DNA of 64,000 bases from Botryllus schlosseri (GCA_051294905.1 CM119371.1:29700001-29764000), one strand, 5' to 3'; numbered from the stretch's first letter, positions 1 to 14,149 are shown. Notes: a model not told the origin generated them from the letters alone. Program-made: numbers and translations.

Positions 1-826
1 TGGTATTCAAATGCTCTCTCGAATTGAAAGACATAACGTACCAAGAGGAAAATAATATTGTGTGGACTAGAGCATAATGAAGACGCTCTCAGAAGATTTC
101 AATATTGGTTTATTCGCAATCATATGCTCATGTATGCGAAACTGTTATTGCTTTTACATCGCAAATCAAAAAAGGGATTCTGATATCGAGACAGTGTACC
201 AAGATCTCAAGGGAGCTCTACGCGTAGTTCTGAACGATTAGTAAATGTGCTTGTTCGTTTATTACTTCAAATAAACTGCACATGTGTATTTGATTGTGTA
301 AAATGTGTTATAAAAGTCAGTCGACGGAAGTGAATAGACAAGTCTGAACCTGTCTATATTGCAGCATATTAGAGATAGATTGTGCAATAACCTCTAAATA
401 CAATACGGAGAGTACTGGACTTGAACAAATCGTCGCTAAGGCTACACATGGGTTAAATTACACTCAAAAGCTACGCAAGTAGCACGCAATAGCTTAAGTA
501 GTAGAATAACCACTTTTATGATCTTCCTTCACTATTATGCAACTAATGCAATCGCAACTAGTAGATGATTGCACAGTGCTGTATATAGCTATAATTCAAT
601 TTTCCATGAAAAAACGCATATTACCGCCACAGCGCCGCTATTGATTATTGGGGATTTATTCTAATAATATCGAATATTTGCTTTGATATTCATAATATAT
701 AAAGCTTACGTCGTTGAACAACCCTGATATGGTCATACCGCGAAAGTAATCCCTAAATCAGTGGTTCTCAACCTTTTGGGCCCGCGGACTTTTCTCAAGC
801 TCGCCAATATATCCGCGGACTCAAGC

Positions 827-1759
827 CAGTGTTGGGATCAAGTCACTACCTTCGAGTCACGAGTCATTTCGAGTCATTGCACATTTTGACTCGAGTCAAG
901 TCAAGTCAATCGATTTTCAAAGGTGACTCGAGTCAAGTCAAGTCACTCGATTTTGGGAGGTGACTCGAGTCAAGTCGAGTCAAGTCAAGTCAAGTCACGA
1001 GTCAAGTCACAATTCAAGTCAAGTTGTCTTTTCGAAGTATGAGGCATGATAACGTCATTGCATTTTGCTAGCTGTCTGAAATACAGATTGAGTGGTCATT
1101 GATTTCGAACCGATGAACGAATTTAGAGTTAAATATACACGCAAGAAGACGTTGCATCGCTCACATATACGTAGAACTGCTAAATCTCAGTTTATTGTTA
1201 CCAGCCAAAAAAAGAATAGATACGAATTGAGAAGATGCAATACATTACGAATTTATAATTCGATATGATACAATTCGAGCCTGAGCCAATGGTTGAAGAC
1301 TATATAAACTGTATTCGAATTCAGTTTCAATAAAACAAGAGGTTTGGTTAAGGTAAAGACAGAGAACAGAAATTACTTTACTATATTAGTTTACGACAAC
1401 GTAAGCTGTAAGCTTCAATCACTTGGTTTGCGTTCAATTTATTGGTGAGGGAACAATGGAGGCTAAGTAATACGCACGATCGTTAAATGATTGGTCGTTC
1501 TCACGGGTTACACCAGCGTTTCGCTAACAATCCGAACATATTCAAGATACAATGATTTTAATCGACACCGATTACGTGATGACTTGAAATTGACTCGTGG
1601 ATTTTGCTTCGAGTCACGAGTCAATCCACATTTCTGCTACGCCGAGTCAAGTCAAGTCAAGTCATTTTAGTAAAGTGACTCGAGTCAAGTCAAGTCATAC
1701 CAAAAAGGTGACTCGAGTCTGACTCGAGTCAAGTCATGACTCGATTCATCCCAACACTG
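827..1759. mobile_element. hAT-type MITE with GAGTCAAGTC subterminal arrays
   Basis: TIR CAGTGTTGGGAT / ATCCCAACACTG; perfect TSD ACTCAAGC (819-826, 1760-1767). Confidence 0.93.
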
Positions 1760-1865
1760 ACTCAAGCTATATATTAACGAAAATTAGGTTTTTTGATTTC
1801 TATCCAAGAGAGTTTAATACGGTATCAAGAAAAAAATCAAGCACTGTTTTTCACTCAACACGCAC

Positions 1866-2140
1866 TCAATTAGAGCCTTGTCCTTGAACTTGTTTGACAA
1901 GTTTATCGAATTCCGGAATTATGGTTGTTAATGTAGGCCTACATCTGATGTCATCTGCCGATTGAAGTCTATTGCGATACTTCTTTTGATCATCGTCAGG
2001 GTTGAAAAGTCAGATTTACACAGGTATGTTTTCGGAAATAACAAAAGAGCTGTTGCAGCTTGCTAGCAAAGATCTGAAAGACTATGCTCCATCGACTGCA
2101 CAATTGCCCAAAATTGAGTCAAAGAAGCCTTTTTGAGGTT
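1866..2140 (-). pseudogene. hAT transposase C-terminal dimerization-domain remnant
   Basis: Manual translation: SLTQFWAIVQ...LLLFPKTYLCKSDFSTLTMIK / KYRNRLQSADDIRCR...IIPEFDKLVKQVQGQGSN*, with a stop and a frameshift. This matches the Buster-type LxFPTTYLCExxFS...KYRNRL motif. Confidence 0.85.
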
Positions 2141-2587
2141 GTCTTTTCATATCTGTCGGCTTTGCAATGCAAACAACTGTTCATGTTCAGTAATGTAGTC
2201 CATATTTCGAGTTCTACTGAATAGACAACCATAGATTGTTTCTGTGATGAGCACGTGTCCCTACGATTTATCAATATCCAAATAACGTCTACAAGTGGAC
2301 CATAAGTCGCAATAAATACAACAACAGTCAGCATATATCGCGCCGAAAACACGTGCAACCGTGTGTATGAAGAGCTGTCATAGGGGTTCATACCTGGCCT
2401 TTTCGGTATGTGAATACTCAGCGTCAAATTCCGAATCCAAGCGTACCAAATTTAAGTCAATCCAACCAAAATTGTATATTTATAACCAGGATAGAATTGA
2501 TTATGACAATTTTACCAATGGGCTACCTCGGGCATAAATGTAGGGCATTTTGAAAATTTCCAGTTGGCGATAATAAGGGTTTATACA

Positions 2588-3007
2588 TAGGCTTACCATA
2601 CGTCCTCTTTTAAGAGGATTTGTCCTCTTTTTTGACTTTTTTGGAAGTGTCCTCGGAGGACGCCCTTTTGTCCTCTTTTTTGAAAATTGAGGTCAGATTT
2701 AGAGCAAATTGCGAGTGATATGCCGCAAACTAGCACAGAAGTGACGCTTCGGCGGGTATTTCGGAAGGAAAAACGGTGATTATAGCTCTGAGCGAAAAGT
2801 TGACTTTTTATTTTTTAGTCATCCACCTGGCAATGTGGAGAGAAAAACAGTATTTTGAGCTCTGAGCGGAAAAGATGACCTTTTTTTTTTTTTTTAGTCA
2901 ACCGATCGCAAAGTGGAAAAAAATTCACCGGTATTTGAGAATTCTACTCCGGTGTAAATTTCTGAAAAAGTGTCCTCTTTTTGGATTTTCAAAATATGGT
3001 AAGCCTA
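2588..3007. mobile_element. MITE with GTCCTCTTT subterminal repeats
   Basis: 13-bp TIR TAGGCTTACCATA / TATGGTAAGCCTA; no clean TSD; a partial inverted relative lies at ~8030-8364. Confidence 0.8.
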
Positions 3008-3010
3008 TTA

Positions 3011-3154
3011 GGCATACCTGACATATTTGGTATCAAGCCAGGAAGATGCTACAGATGTGCAAAGCACACCCGTCTGGCCTGTGACACTTGCAACCAACTG
3101 GATTGCCCAAGACACAGAAAATTTCAGGAGAACGAATATTGCTTGGAATGCTGA
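3011..3154 (+). pseudogene. piggyBac-type transposase C-terminal cysteine-rich domain fragment
   Basis: Frame not in the ORF track: GIPDIFGIKPGRCYRCAKHTRLACDTCNQLDCPRHRKFQENEYCLEC*, i.e. Cx2C-x7-Cx2C-x4-Cx2H-x8-Cx2C then stop. Confidence 0.7.
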
Positions 3155-3798
3155 ACAATTTGTTGTCGAGCTTTATGTTTCGTTGTTCTTGCGTTTGAAA
3201 TATAAGTGGCGAAACATCGCTTATTGAGGTATCTCTGATATTGCTTTCCAAACTACATTCATTGTAGTATAATTTATTAACTTGAAGGCATTTCGTATGA
3301 CCCTCATCAAGAGTTAACGGCACAATAAGAAGTATACAGAAATAGGTTCTAACGAAAACCAAATTGGCAAAATATGACGTAACAATGTAATAATAAAAAG
3401 GAACGCTAGCTGGCCAAAGTCAGCTGTACTGGTAGTCTAATAAAGGGACAAGAGAAAATAAAATTATACAATACACGGAAGACGTTACACAGACAATTAG
3501 CGGTATATATTTATGGCATACTTATATAACGATTGTAGACAAACTCTTTCTCCTTCTTATTGTATATCTCTTGATAAGGGGAACGCGAAAAGTCTTCGAG
3601 GTAATAAATTCTACTACAATGAATATAGTTCTGAAAGCACTATTCAAGCTCAGTACCGTTAGTCACATATTTGGGTATCTTTGCATTTTATATGACAGCT
3701 ATTAAGGTGACTAACAGTTCAAGAGTTGTATTTTGCGAATCACCCATCAAGGTTGAAGCCCAAGTCTCAAATCTGATTTTGACGAACCTGGACTAGTA

Positions 3799-3879
3799 CG
3801 GGCTCATGCACTTTCGGACCAAAAAGCTATTTTCTCCGTAAGGCTGTGATGACTTTGGTCCGAAAGTGAACGAGCCCCG
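3799..3879. mobile_element. Very small TIR element flanked by TA
   Basis: CGGGCTCATGCACTTTCGGACCAAA ... TTTGGTCCGAAAGTGAACGAGCCCCG with TA on both sides. Confidence 0.65.
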
Positions 3880-4236
3880 TAGGTCCGTCAATTACATGTT
3901 CCGAAATCATATCGGAAATTGAAGAAAAAACTGTAAATTTCGAAATTTTTTGGGATTTTCGACATGCTCAAGCTAAAACTATGTCCGTGGACCTCCAAAT
4001 TAAGATCTATGATCGTTTGGTAAGGTTTTATCAATATGACATCATCTAATATAACACATTCAAAATGAGACTTCCGCTTTTCCATTGAAAAACATGAGGA
4101 AATACCAGGTTGGCAATTTGTCAACGTGTGTGTCGATTAATTTACCGAAAATCCCTGTGCTCGCGGACTCATCCATATCCTTCCACGGACTCATTTGAGT
4201 CCGCGGGACTCGGGGTTGAGAAACACTGCCGTAAAT

Positions 4237-5225
4237 AGCGGTAATATCCCTAAAAATATAACGTGGTCGAAATGTACAATTTATTGCAAATTTATCCCCG
4301 ACCAGAATGACTTGTAGCTTGTCACATTCGGATTACTGAACAGAATTGACATAAAACTATTAAGTAAAGCTAAAACATCTTCAGTTATCAATCCCTTGAG
4401 ACTACTAGTTATAGCAGAGGTGCACAAACTGCAGTTCGCGGTTGTAGCACTTTATTGATTTCGCGTGCGTTTCGCCATTTTGGTCAAAGAGGTTCAACCT
4501 GATTATATATTAATGCATTTATAGCGTATTAACAATGTGTTGTACTTCATACATTGCGCTATACTAATTGCCTTGTTGTACAGAAGACGTTCACTGTTAT
4601 AAGCTACATAACATGATTTCAATGCTTATTTCAAACATAACATTAATAATTAATCTATAACAAAGTCTGAATCAAAGTTTAAAATCCCTATATTCCATTA
4701 AATATAATCGTTTTATCAATGTTCATTTTTCTCGTAATATTGAATATTTGCTTAATATTATGAATATCTTATAATTTAAGGTAAATTATTTGACGGTTTT
4801 TTCAACTCACGTTAATTTAGCATTCTAGAACTACTGAATTTTTCAAAATCTACAACTAAAACTAGAATTACTCATTTTTCAATATCCGCAACTAAAACTA
4901 GATTTTCCAAATTATGAAAAACCGTAGTCAATGTGTATGACAGCTTTGGGTGTGAATCAAGAAGTAAGCATAAAATAGGTGGCTACTATACTCGATAATG
5001 TTAAATTGAATTCAACATCTTTATAACGAAACCGCTTGAAGACTGCGTTTAGCACAGTGCGATATCGCTCAAATATTCCATTAGCAACTCGTCGTAGGAA
5101 GTCAGACTCGAGTTACGATTTTATAATAACGTTCAGCGTAATTTTGAAAAATAGTAAAGCAAGGATTTTGTCTATCGGTACTGCTACTTGAAAATGCGAG
5201 CAGGAACTGCTAAAAGTGGGGAAAA
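4237..5225. repeat. AT-rich dispersed repeat family (also ~100-720, ~25430-27090, ~33830-34080)
   Basis: 4303-4540 matches 26857-27090; 110-250 matches 26411-26550; 346-400 matches 25563-25615; 5020-5160 is the reverse complement of ~25435-25555. Confidence 0.8.
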
Positions 5226-6144
5226 TTAGTATATTATGAATTCGAACCATTCGATATCATCAAACAGAGTGTTAAAATTTGTGGTTAACAACACTTTTAT
5301 ATTTTCAAATCCAAATCCTATTCCTGCGGGAATGTTTTCGGATATATTCGCATTGCGTATTACGCAACGTTCAGCGTTGGATGAACATTCCTGACAAAGC
5401 CATAGATGTCTCCAGGGAATCAAGTTAACTTCGCTTCTATTGTTATCATTGTTTGCAAAGCGCGGTATTTCGTAATTCCACGAGACTTCAGTGGTTCTGG
5501 AATACTAAATTAATGAGAGTTAAATAAACCGGCAATTAATCTACCTTTTCCAATGTATATCAAAGACCCTCGAAGTACCCTTCAAAGTGAGCCTACAGGT
5601 TGGATATTATCCAAAACCTCATACACTCCAAATCCGCAAGGTCGTATTGAACACTTCATAACACTTTTTTCTGCGTACAAACACACTTTTTGGGCATATA
5701 AACGCATTTGGCAATTATCGTCGCAACGCTTCTGCGTATTTCTCCGTTTATATGTAACACTTCGCCACTGCGGCTTATTTTCAAGAAAATTTATACTTCG
5801 TAATTTATCATCAATTTCGCATTCTAAACCATCGGTACGTTTGGACTTGGAGATCACATAAAATCATGGTATATGTAAAATAATGTTATTCAACTGACCA
5901 AACCTCTAAGTTTAGGGGTAATATTACAATAAAATATACATATTTCCCCGTGACGCAGAGGGGTCACCACCTTCGTTACGGTAGAGCGCGCTCGATTTCA
6001 GTTTGGAATTTGAATTGGTGGTTCGGCAGGCTTCAGGCAGAGAGTAGGGTACACGTACACGAAAAGACTTGGCAGAATGGATATATTGAAGCAGTTTCTG
6101 CTACCTGATGGCGTAAAGGATCATAACATCCGTGTACTGTAAGG

Positions 6145-7321
6145 CAGTGACGTGCAGTCCAATGAGGCAGGTGAGGCAGTGCCTCACCTGTCGTCTGGGT
6201 GAGTAAGTGGAAATCGTGAAAACCCACGACGAGTCGATGATTTATTGATGTTTTACATCGATGTTCATAAATAACTAAATTTAAACAAATTTTATCACCC
6301 AACATCATCAATCTGCATAATTAATATTCAAAAATACAGCGCCAAACGTAGGGTGAGGCACAGGTGAGGCATGAGCGGGTCGTGCCTCACCTGCGACAAT
6401 GCAATTCATCATAAATAGCTCGGAATTCATAATAACTGGTATCAATCAAAGGCTATCGTCACACTGATTCTGAAAATCCAAATATTAACAGTGTCAGACC
6501 ACCAGACCCCCCTCAAAATCTCTAATGAAGGTGACATTCGGCTTTATTACAGACAATGCCATCGCAGAAAAACAATGGCCAGGTGAGGCACAAACGAATC
6601 TGCCTCATGCACTATTCGCTAACAATTGGACAATCGAAGCGCAGGTAAATGCGCTATCGGTTCCTTAATCCAACAGTCTTGTAGCTAGGAATTATATAGC
6701 AGCGACGGCAAATACGCAATGCGGAACCAATACATTCCTCTACTTATGTAGCTGTTATATATTTTCCATCCATAGCTACGTTCAATTGTGGTATGTGATA
6801 GCTCATTGCATAAGCTACATTGTCGTTGTTTGTGTCCTTTATGCTGTGTTCGACTGCAATACCTATAACTCCTAATTGTGGTATGTGATAGCTATGCTTA
6901 CATAGCCTGCGTTGTCGTTGTTTGGTCAGTGGTACCACTCCTAGTGTTACACTGTGACTAGATCTAGTGTATTTTGACATGGCCTAGTACATTTTCCTTC
7001 GAAATTCGGCAAATCTAGTGTTTATTTTACTGAAAAAATGTGTAACTGAGGATGCTATTTTCATGTGCCTCGAATAATTTATACTAGTACTTGAAGATAT
7101 AGTGATAACTATCTGTCTAAACTTGCCCATTTATCACAAATAGTGACCAGTCCTACATGTATTGTAAAATATGTAATTGCAACGGCTATTAGTGTGCACA
7201 GAAAATGCTCTCTATACCCGCTGCTATTGTTTCGTACGTACGTGTTGGTGTGTGTGCTTGTATGTTGGGGGGGGGGGGGGGGGCGTGCCTCATCAGCCAT
7301 GAACCTCACCGCACGTCACTG
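6145..7321. mobile_element. hAT-type MITE with GTGAGGCA subterminal motifs
   Basis: TIR CAGTGACGTGC / GCACGTCACTG; perfect TSD CTGTAAGG (6137-6144, 7322-7329). Confidence 0.92.
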
Positions 7322-7748
7322 CTGTAAGGTATGGAAATACGGTAAATGTTATTGAATATATGTAATGTGAGAATAGTCACAAAATAAGCTCGTTTTGACA
7401 TTGCAGTAAGGTCGTTTGTTTTAGATGTTTTAGTAGGCTACTGATATCCCTTATTCATATGAATGTTCTTTAGTTGTTTTGTAGTAGGCTATATGATTCG
7501 TCTGATCTTATTGCTGGATGATCGAGCTTCGAATCTGAAAATATACCAGGCTGCGACCAGGTCCAGTACTACGGTACTGATATGGGAAGCTGCTATCGAA
7601 CTAACTTTTTTGATATATAGATAAATGGATGTTCTCTCCATCCACACTGAAATATCCCTATGTAGGCGATATATTGTGGTCCACTGTGGACAAGTACTGC
7701 AATGTCAGCAATTGAATGCCGGTATGATAGTCATGCAACGGTTTTGAT

Positions 7749-9814
7749 CAGTGATTCCCAAGTGCGGCCCCCAGATAGCCTTATTGCGGGCCCCAAAATA
7801 TATTAAGAAATCGATTTATGACAAAAAATAAAATTTATATTTATAAAATACTCTTGCTTGGCTTGGCCTCTGTAGTTTTTAATTATAGGATTGCAGGAAA
7901 GTTGTTAGTGAGACTGCTAACGTTACGTCACTGCTGTTTCAATGCAATGTGCCCTAACTTTTCAGTTGAACGGGCAGTAGCTATAGATATAAATAGGTAT
8001 TGATAACTTTCAAAACCGAAGGAAAATCCCGAAAAAATGGTAAATTTTTCCCACTTCGTGGTCGCTTGACTAAAAAAGAAAAAGAGGCTCAACTACCGGA
8101 AAATACAGTTTTTCTTTCACATTAACAGGTGGTTGACTGAAAAAAGTCAACTTTCCGGTCCAGCTTCCGAAATAGTCGCCGTAGCGTTCCCACAGTGCTG
8201 ACTTAATGTATATCAGTCGAATTTGACCCTATATGTAACCAAAATCCTCGAAAAAGAATACAAAATCTCAATAAAGAAGACATTTGGGCGTCCTCCGAGG
8301 ACAATTTAAAATTAAATCGAAAGAGAGGACAAATCATCTTAAAAGAGGACGTATGGTAACCCTATGATAACTAGATGTGCAACACGTGACTCACGGTTGA
8401 ATACGCCGAGAGGCATACTGCTTAGCCGGCTAAAAGCAGCATAATTAGTCGTCCTATAGTTAGGACCGTAGCTGTTGCACCCCAAACCCTCCAATTGAGG
8501 GGGGCCGAGCTCGAAGGGAGCCCAAAATTATTTCGTGAGTTAGCATAAATTAAAGAGTATTTTTTGAAAATTTATGCAGCTTTTTCAAAAATTTTTCGCG
8601 CTGTGCGCAATTTCAATTCGCTACATATCTTGATTATTGGGTACTCTTCTCCAAGAAAAAATACGCAAGATTTATAGAAATGGGCATATCAGCGTTGGCC
8701 ATGACCGCACCACAACGCACCAAGACATATAACGTTTTAGGCCATGTAACATGTGACTCCAAGAGGTGTGTCAGAACGTTCGGCATCGAGAAAGTCTTGG
8801 CCGTAAAGGACTGCTTTTATGCTGACAAAAAACTTCGAAATACCAAAAAATTCGTTATATATACGAAATACATATAGGTTTAATTGTCCATATAGGCACC
8901 TAAATGACTGGCGCCGAATGTTCTTGTCTTGGCAATCTGAACCTCACAAGACAAATACCATCCCGCAGGAAAGAAAATTATATGACAGTGAATAAATACC
9001 AATGTAAAATCCTGTGATCTTTCAGTTTAGTAGGTTTGGGCAATTCTACATGTTTTGATATAGCAGACAGGAGGTCACAAAATAACATCATGTAAAGAAG
9101 TCATGCCTAGGGGTCCGCCCGCCCGAAGATGTTTAATTTTACGGGGTCTGCAGTTTCAAAGACACTTCTCACTCAGCTCTACCGGTAAATCTAATTACGT
9201 GGGCAAAGAGGACAACGATGCAATTCCCGATCTTATCCACCGATTTTATCATGAATTATCGAAATATTCGCGCGTCGCGCTATCTCACTATACAGTACAA
9301 CTTTAATTTCGTGGCAAAAGCGAACAACGTGATGCGGGGTCAGTTTATCACCCTATGGGAGCCTGGTGTCCTGACGAAGTGCTGTTACGTTCCTGCCAAC
9401 GGGTATACCCCCGGAGATGTTTAATTACTATTGAGGGGGCATATACCTTTTCAAACACACCTCACTCAGCTCTACCGGTAAATCAGATTACGTGAACAGA
9501 GACAGGATGAAAATTGATAGCAATACATGCAATTTCCGATCATATTGATCGATTCAGTCATGAAACTAAAGAAATTTCTCGCGCTTCGCGCGTTTAGGCC
9601 AGAAAATCTGATTCACCCAACGGACACCCAATGCAGCAGATAAGTAGCGGTAAACAGTGTACAGTTTTGAAATCACGTCAGGGCAATAAAACTACTCCGA
9701 AATACCCATGATGACTGTTTGGGTCCGTTTCATAGCCGTAGTATTCGTGCGGCCCCGACCGTACTCTGAAATTCTAAATTTGGCCCTCACACCGAAAAAG
9801 TTTGGGAACCACTG
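7749..9814. mobile_element. Composite hAT-type non-autonomous element
   Basis: TIR CAGTGATTCCCAA / TTGGGAACCACTG; perfect TSD GTTTTGAT; contains pieces of two other families (~8030-8364 and ~8461-9660). Confidence 0.9.
8461..9660 (+). mobile_element. Family-A element copy (CAGGACCGTAAC-type terminus), 3'-truncated
   Basis: Colinear with 29074-31673 and 29732-30688; starts TAGGACCGTAGC. Confidence 0.8.
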
Positions 9815-9869
9815 GTTTTGATTGTTTTTAAACTGCAACACATTTTATTCCAAGTGGTGAGGTGTTAAC

Positions 9870-10718
9870 TAAAGCGATTTTTGACATGTCAAAATAGGTC
9901 AAAATGTTGTCACAATTGCACCGTTACGTCAACATTGCCAAAATTGTTTGCAAAATCAAATTTTTTCGCAACTTGCATTTCGTTTGTATCATAGATGATT
10001 GCACTGTCGGTGAACTTATCATTTTACAATTTAGCCTACGTCTTGTAGCCTACTTTATAGTCCTACCGTTGTAGACGGACCATCGTCTGCTCATTGTGAA
10101 TCATAAACTATCAAATGAAACAAATGCTCAACGTAGCCTACTGCACTATCCTAACTGAAGCAAGACTGCGTGGGCATTGGTTCTTCTATTAGAAACAGTA
10201 TGATGCAAAATTGCGATGTAGACAACTTTGTCATAATAAGAGAGAGAGAGAGGACAGTATACGCACAACTTCAGTGTAGCCGGCCAACAACTGCCGCTGG
10301 TGAACGTTCTTTCTGCATTCTTGCCAAGCTACTTAGTTAGGACAGACACTTTCTACCCGAAAATGTAGGAAAGTATCTTTCGTTGTACTACAACAAAGTT
10401 TTAATCATTTCTACCATGATACGAGATGTAACTAGTACTAGAATTCTCCACGGGTCCAGATTTCGATAAAATAAGGTTTTTTCATGTAAAAATTTGTCAG
10501 TTTTCATGCTAAAATATTTTTTCAGGTCAAACTACTTCTGAAGAACAGATAGCGTCAGCCAGAAATAAAGATAAGTACCGGTGGTACAATTCTAACATTA
10601 TGTGAGAAACACCTACTTTAAGTACATGGGGTCAAAATTAAGTTTTTCATCATGAAAATATGTGTAAATTTGGATTTTTTAGTCAAATTTCCCTTTTTAG
10701 GTCCACAAAATCGCCCTA
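9870..10718 (+). mobile_element. hAT-related element with transposase C-terminal remnant (copy 1)
   Basis: Colinear with 41190-42048; ends TCGCCCTA; encodes degenerate QLQCSRPTTAAGERSF...RHFLPENVGKYLSLYYNK at ~10262-10400. Confidence 0.75.
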
Positions 10719-10849
10719 ATAATAGCACAGCCAAACAAACAATCTTTTCAACAAACCATGGATCACAAGGGGTAATTGTTTTGCCCAATCCCCAAATTTG
10801 ACTTTTCTGAGTTTATATTATGATACGGTAACTGAACTAAACTCTATGT

Positions 10850-12844
10850 TGCAGGTAGTATGTATTGAAATTGGCACCTTTTTGAAATGCATTTGCTGTA
10901 TGGAATCCTGGTAAGCATCACGGTGTTTTGTAAGTGAACTGGTATATCCTTAGAGAATGAATTTGATTCTGTTGCATTCGGTTATCTTCGTGATAAAGAT
11001 TTTTATGAAAGTTTGCTGATAAAATTTAATTAAAATTGTTAACAATCCAGGAAGTATACTACCTGTGCCAGAGTTAAATTGGTGGTAACGTCATTTGCAA
11101 CGTTCCATTTTATTACCTAATTATTTTATGAAAGACACCCTTCTGTCATGCACAAGTTATTCCAGAAAACAACATCTGTATCCAGTATGATATCTGCGTG
11201 ATTACTGAGCAGTTCATTTGTATTTCGAATTTTCGCAACAAATATTTTATTTTCAATAGTCTTGGATTGATCCTCAAATTCGTCCCCTGGGTCTATCGTG
11301 CCTACGCTATCAGACAATGTTGACAGAGACGTGAGGAGTCGTTCGTAACGGGTTTTGTGCCGGCACAGTCATCTTATGCGATACAGATCTTTGTATGGAT
11401 ACATGTGATTATGTAAGCCTATTTATTCATTTTTTATATCACCATTGATTATGTAAATTGCTGGTTTTTGCAGTGCTACTTTTCTCACGAACTATCTCGC
11501 AGAGTAGGTTACGGACTATTCGATATGAGCTGAAAAAGGCTTCATCTGTGTACACTGTACAGTGTAAACTGAACTGTATACACTGAACAGAGATGTAGTT
11601 GAACGTAATGAGCTCGTGTAACTTGTACTTTAACTATTGCTTACTGAACTATAATGGGCTAGGTCAATGGTGCTCAACCTGGGGGGGGGGGGGGCTGAGC
11701 ACCTCTCCTGCGCTTCTGTAACCTACCTGTGTGAAATATTTATATTTACTTCTGCATATAATTTACAATCTTCCTTTGGTATTTATTGTATTTTGTTGAT
11801 TTGACCAGTAAAAAAAGGGCGCCATGGCACGCCACGAATTAGGGACTCATCATGCCTGGGCTGCGGCTGATGGAAAGAATATGAAAAATGCCCTAATGTG
11901 CAGGTAGTATGTATTGCACTTGGCACCTTTTTGAAATGCATTTGTTGTTTAAAATACTGGTAAGCATCGCCGTGTTTCGTAAGCAAACTGGTATATCCCT
12001 AAATAATGAATTTGATTCTGCTGCATTCGGTTATTTTTATAAATGTTTGCTGGTAAAATTTCACTAAAATAATTAACAATCCAGGAAAGTATGCTACTCG
12101 TGCTGGAGTAAAATTGGTGGTAAGGTCACATGCAACTTTCCATTACAATAACTAATTGTTCTATGAAAGACACCCTTTTGACACATGCAATTGTAGGCAG
12201 TCTGATATCTGCATAAATACTGAATGCTGGTGACGTCATATTTTGTGATACGATTGTTGATGTGCAACGTTCTTTCGAGTTCTCTACTAGTTGCCGACGA
12301 TTACCCCTAACGAGTCTCAGCCGAAAATATTCGGGCTCATTTCAATATGCATATAATATTCAATTTTATATTTAAGTTTTGTACCTCGAAGAAGCTGTAC
12401 GAATATTGAATAGTTCCCTTGTATTGCAAATTTTTAAAACAAGTATTTTCTTTTCAACAGTCTTAGATTGATCCTCGAATTCATCCAACTGATGTCGACT
12501 CTTCGAAAAGACCCCTGGTTCTACCGTGCCTGAGCTAACATACAATGTTGATAGTGACGTGAGCAGTCATCTGAACGGATTTTGTGCCGGTGCAGTCATC
12601 TGTTGCGATGCATACTTTTGCCTCAAGAACCCATGGAAACATGTGATTATGTAAGTCTATTTATTCATTTCATATATCACCATTGATTATGAAATGTGCT
12701 GGTTTTTGCAGTCCCAATTTTCTCAAAAACTATCTATATATGCGATATGAGCTGAAGAGAGGGATGATCTGTGTACAGCAGAGGTGTTGTTGAATGTAAA
12801 GATCTGGTGTAACTTGTATTTTAACTACTGCTTACTGAACTATA
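10850..12844. repeat. Diverged tandem duplication of a coding-like segment
   Basis: 10850-11652 aligns with 11899-12844 (TGCAGGTAGTATGTATTG...TACTGAACTATA); 11709-11897 aligns with 13577-13797. Confidence 0.85.
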
Positions 12845-13867
12845 CTTGGAACATCAAATTGAGATCATTTCCCATGTCGTGCTAATTCCAATTTATTTCG
12901 TTAATTAAATTTAATCAGGAATGAAGGATTTTGAAAGATTGAGAACAGTTACAATTACTGCAATGAAGGAAAAGTATTCAACACCTTCGATAAGATGTCA
13001 CAAAGTTTTTGTGCTAAAGACAATCAATGTGTCCTTTGTCTGGTATATTTTCTCGTCTCAATTCAAAGCAGCTATAAAATCTTAGAATCAAAGTTATATC
13101 TAAAGCCTACCGTATGTCGATTATTATAATTGAAATCCGAACCCATAGGAATAACGATTCTACTATATTTACTGTCGGATCTTGTTCGCAATCAATTACA
13201 TTTTCAGCAAAACGAGGTTGATGAAGTCAACTGTCTTCTTCTCAAAGCCAAATTGAGAGACAAACGAATATAATCCAAGACCCAAACGAATATAATCCAA
13301 GACTCAAGCGCATGTCTAATTGAAACAGGTACCGTAATCTTTCTTTTTTGTGGACCATACAAATTTACATAGACCTGCGACGTTCTGCTATAAATTTCAT
13401 TCTGAGTTATTAGTTCTGCATTCGCACTGTTGCCTGTGCGTCTGAATGTCCATGTAAATGTCAAAATGGCCGAATTGAAAAAAACGCAGCCCTGATTCAA
13501 GATACTTTTATTAGTCGTTATGCTAATTTTAGTCCTTCTCAGTGATAGGATTTCACATGTATCCGAGCGCCTTGCCTGCGCTTGTGTAACCTGCGTGTGT
13601 GAAATATTTATATTTATTTCTGCATAAAAGGTATAATTTTCATTGACATAATCAAAACTTTGGAATTTAATCACATTTTCAAGGTGGGCGACTTGGAGTC
13701 GACCAGTAGAAAAGAAACAAACACCATGGAACGCCACGAATCAGAGATTGACCGAGCCTGGATTGCAGCTGATGGCAAGAATATAAAACTGCTTCAGTGA
13801 AAATGGAGTATTCAGAAACATAGTTGACGTTTTGAGCTGCTATGCATTGGATTGTCATACCCTAAAG

Positions 13868-14149
13868 GAGTGGTTCTCAAACAGAAGAAAGCATTTGAAG
13901 GGGCGTGAAGCCGCTGTCAACTAAAATCTTTTTCGCACATGGCAGCTTGTAGTTATTTCTCTGTGTATGCTTAGAATTAAATATTTGAATATTCTCGCAT
14001 CAACAACCATTACCGTCACTGCCATCCAACTATCCGTTGGAATTTCTAGCGTTCTGGTTGCTTTTTAAATGTTATGATACAACAATAAGGGGTGTGTGAA
14101 AGTTTTTGATACCATATGGGAGCGTGCCCAAAATGTTTAAGAACCACTG
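13868..14149. mobile_element. Short hAT-type MITE (same family as 19265-19559)
   Basis: Termini GAGTGGTTCTC / AAGAACCACTG; TSD CCCTAAAG / CCCTAATG. Confidence 0.75.

Larger units (their letters stand above)
759..4228. mobile_element. hAT (Buster/Charlie-like) deletion-derivative element with nested insertions
   Basis: TIRs CAGTGGTTCTCAACC / GGTTGAGAAACACTG; 8-bp TSD CCCTAAAT (751-758) / CCGTAAAT (4229-4236); subterminal CGCGGACT motifs at both ends; internal transposase remnant. Confidence 0.85.
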
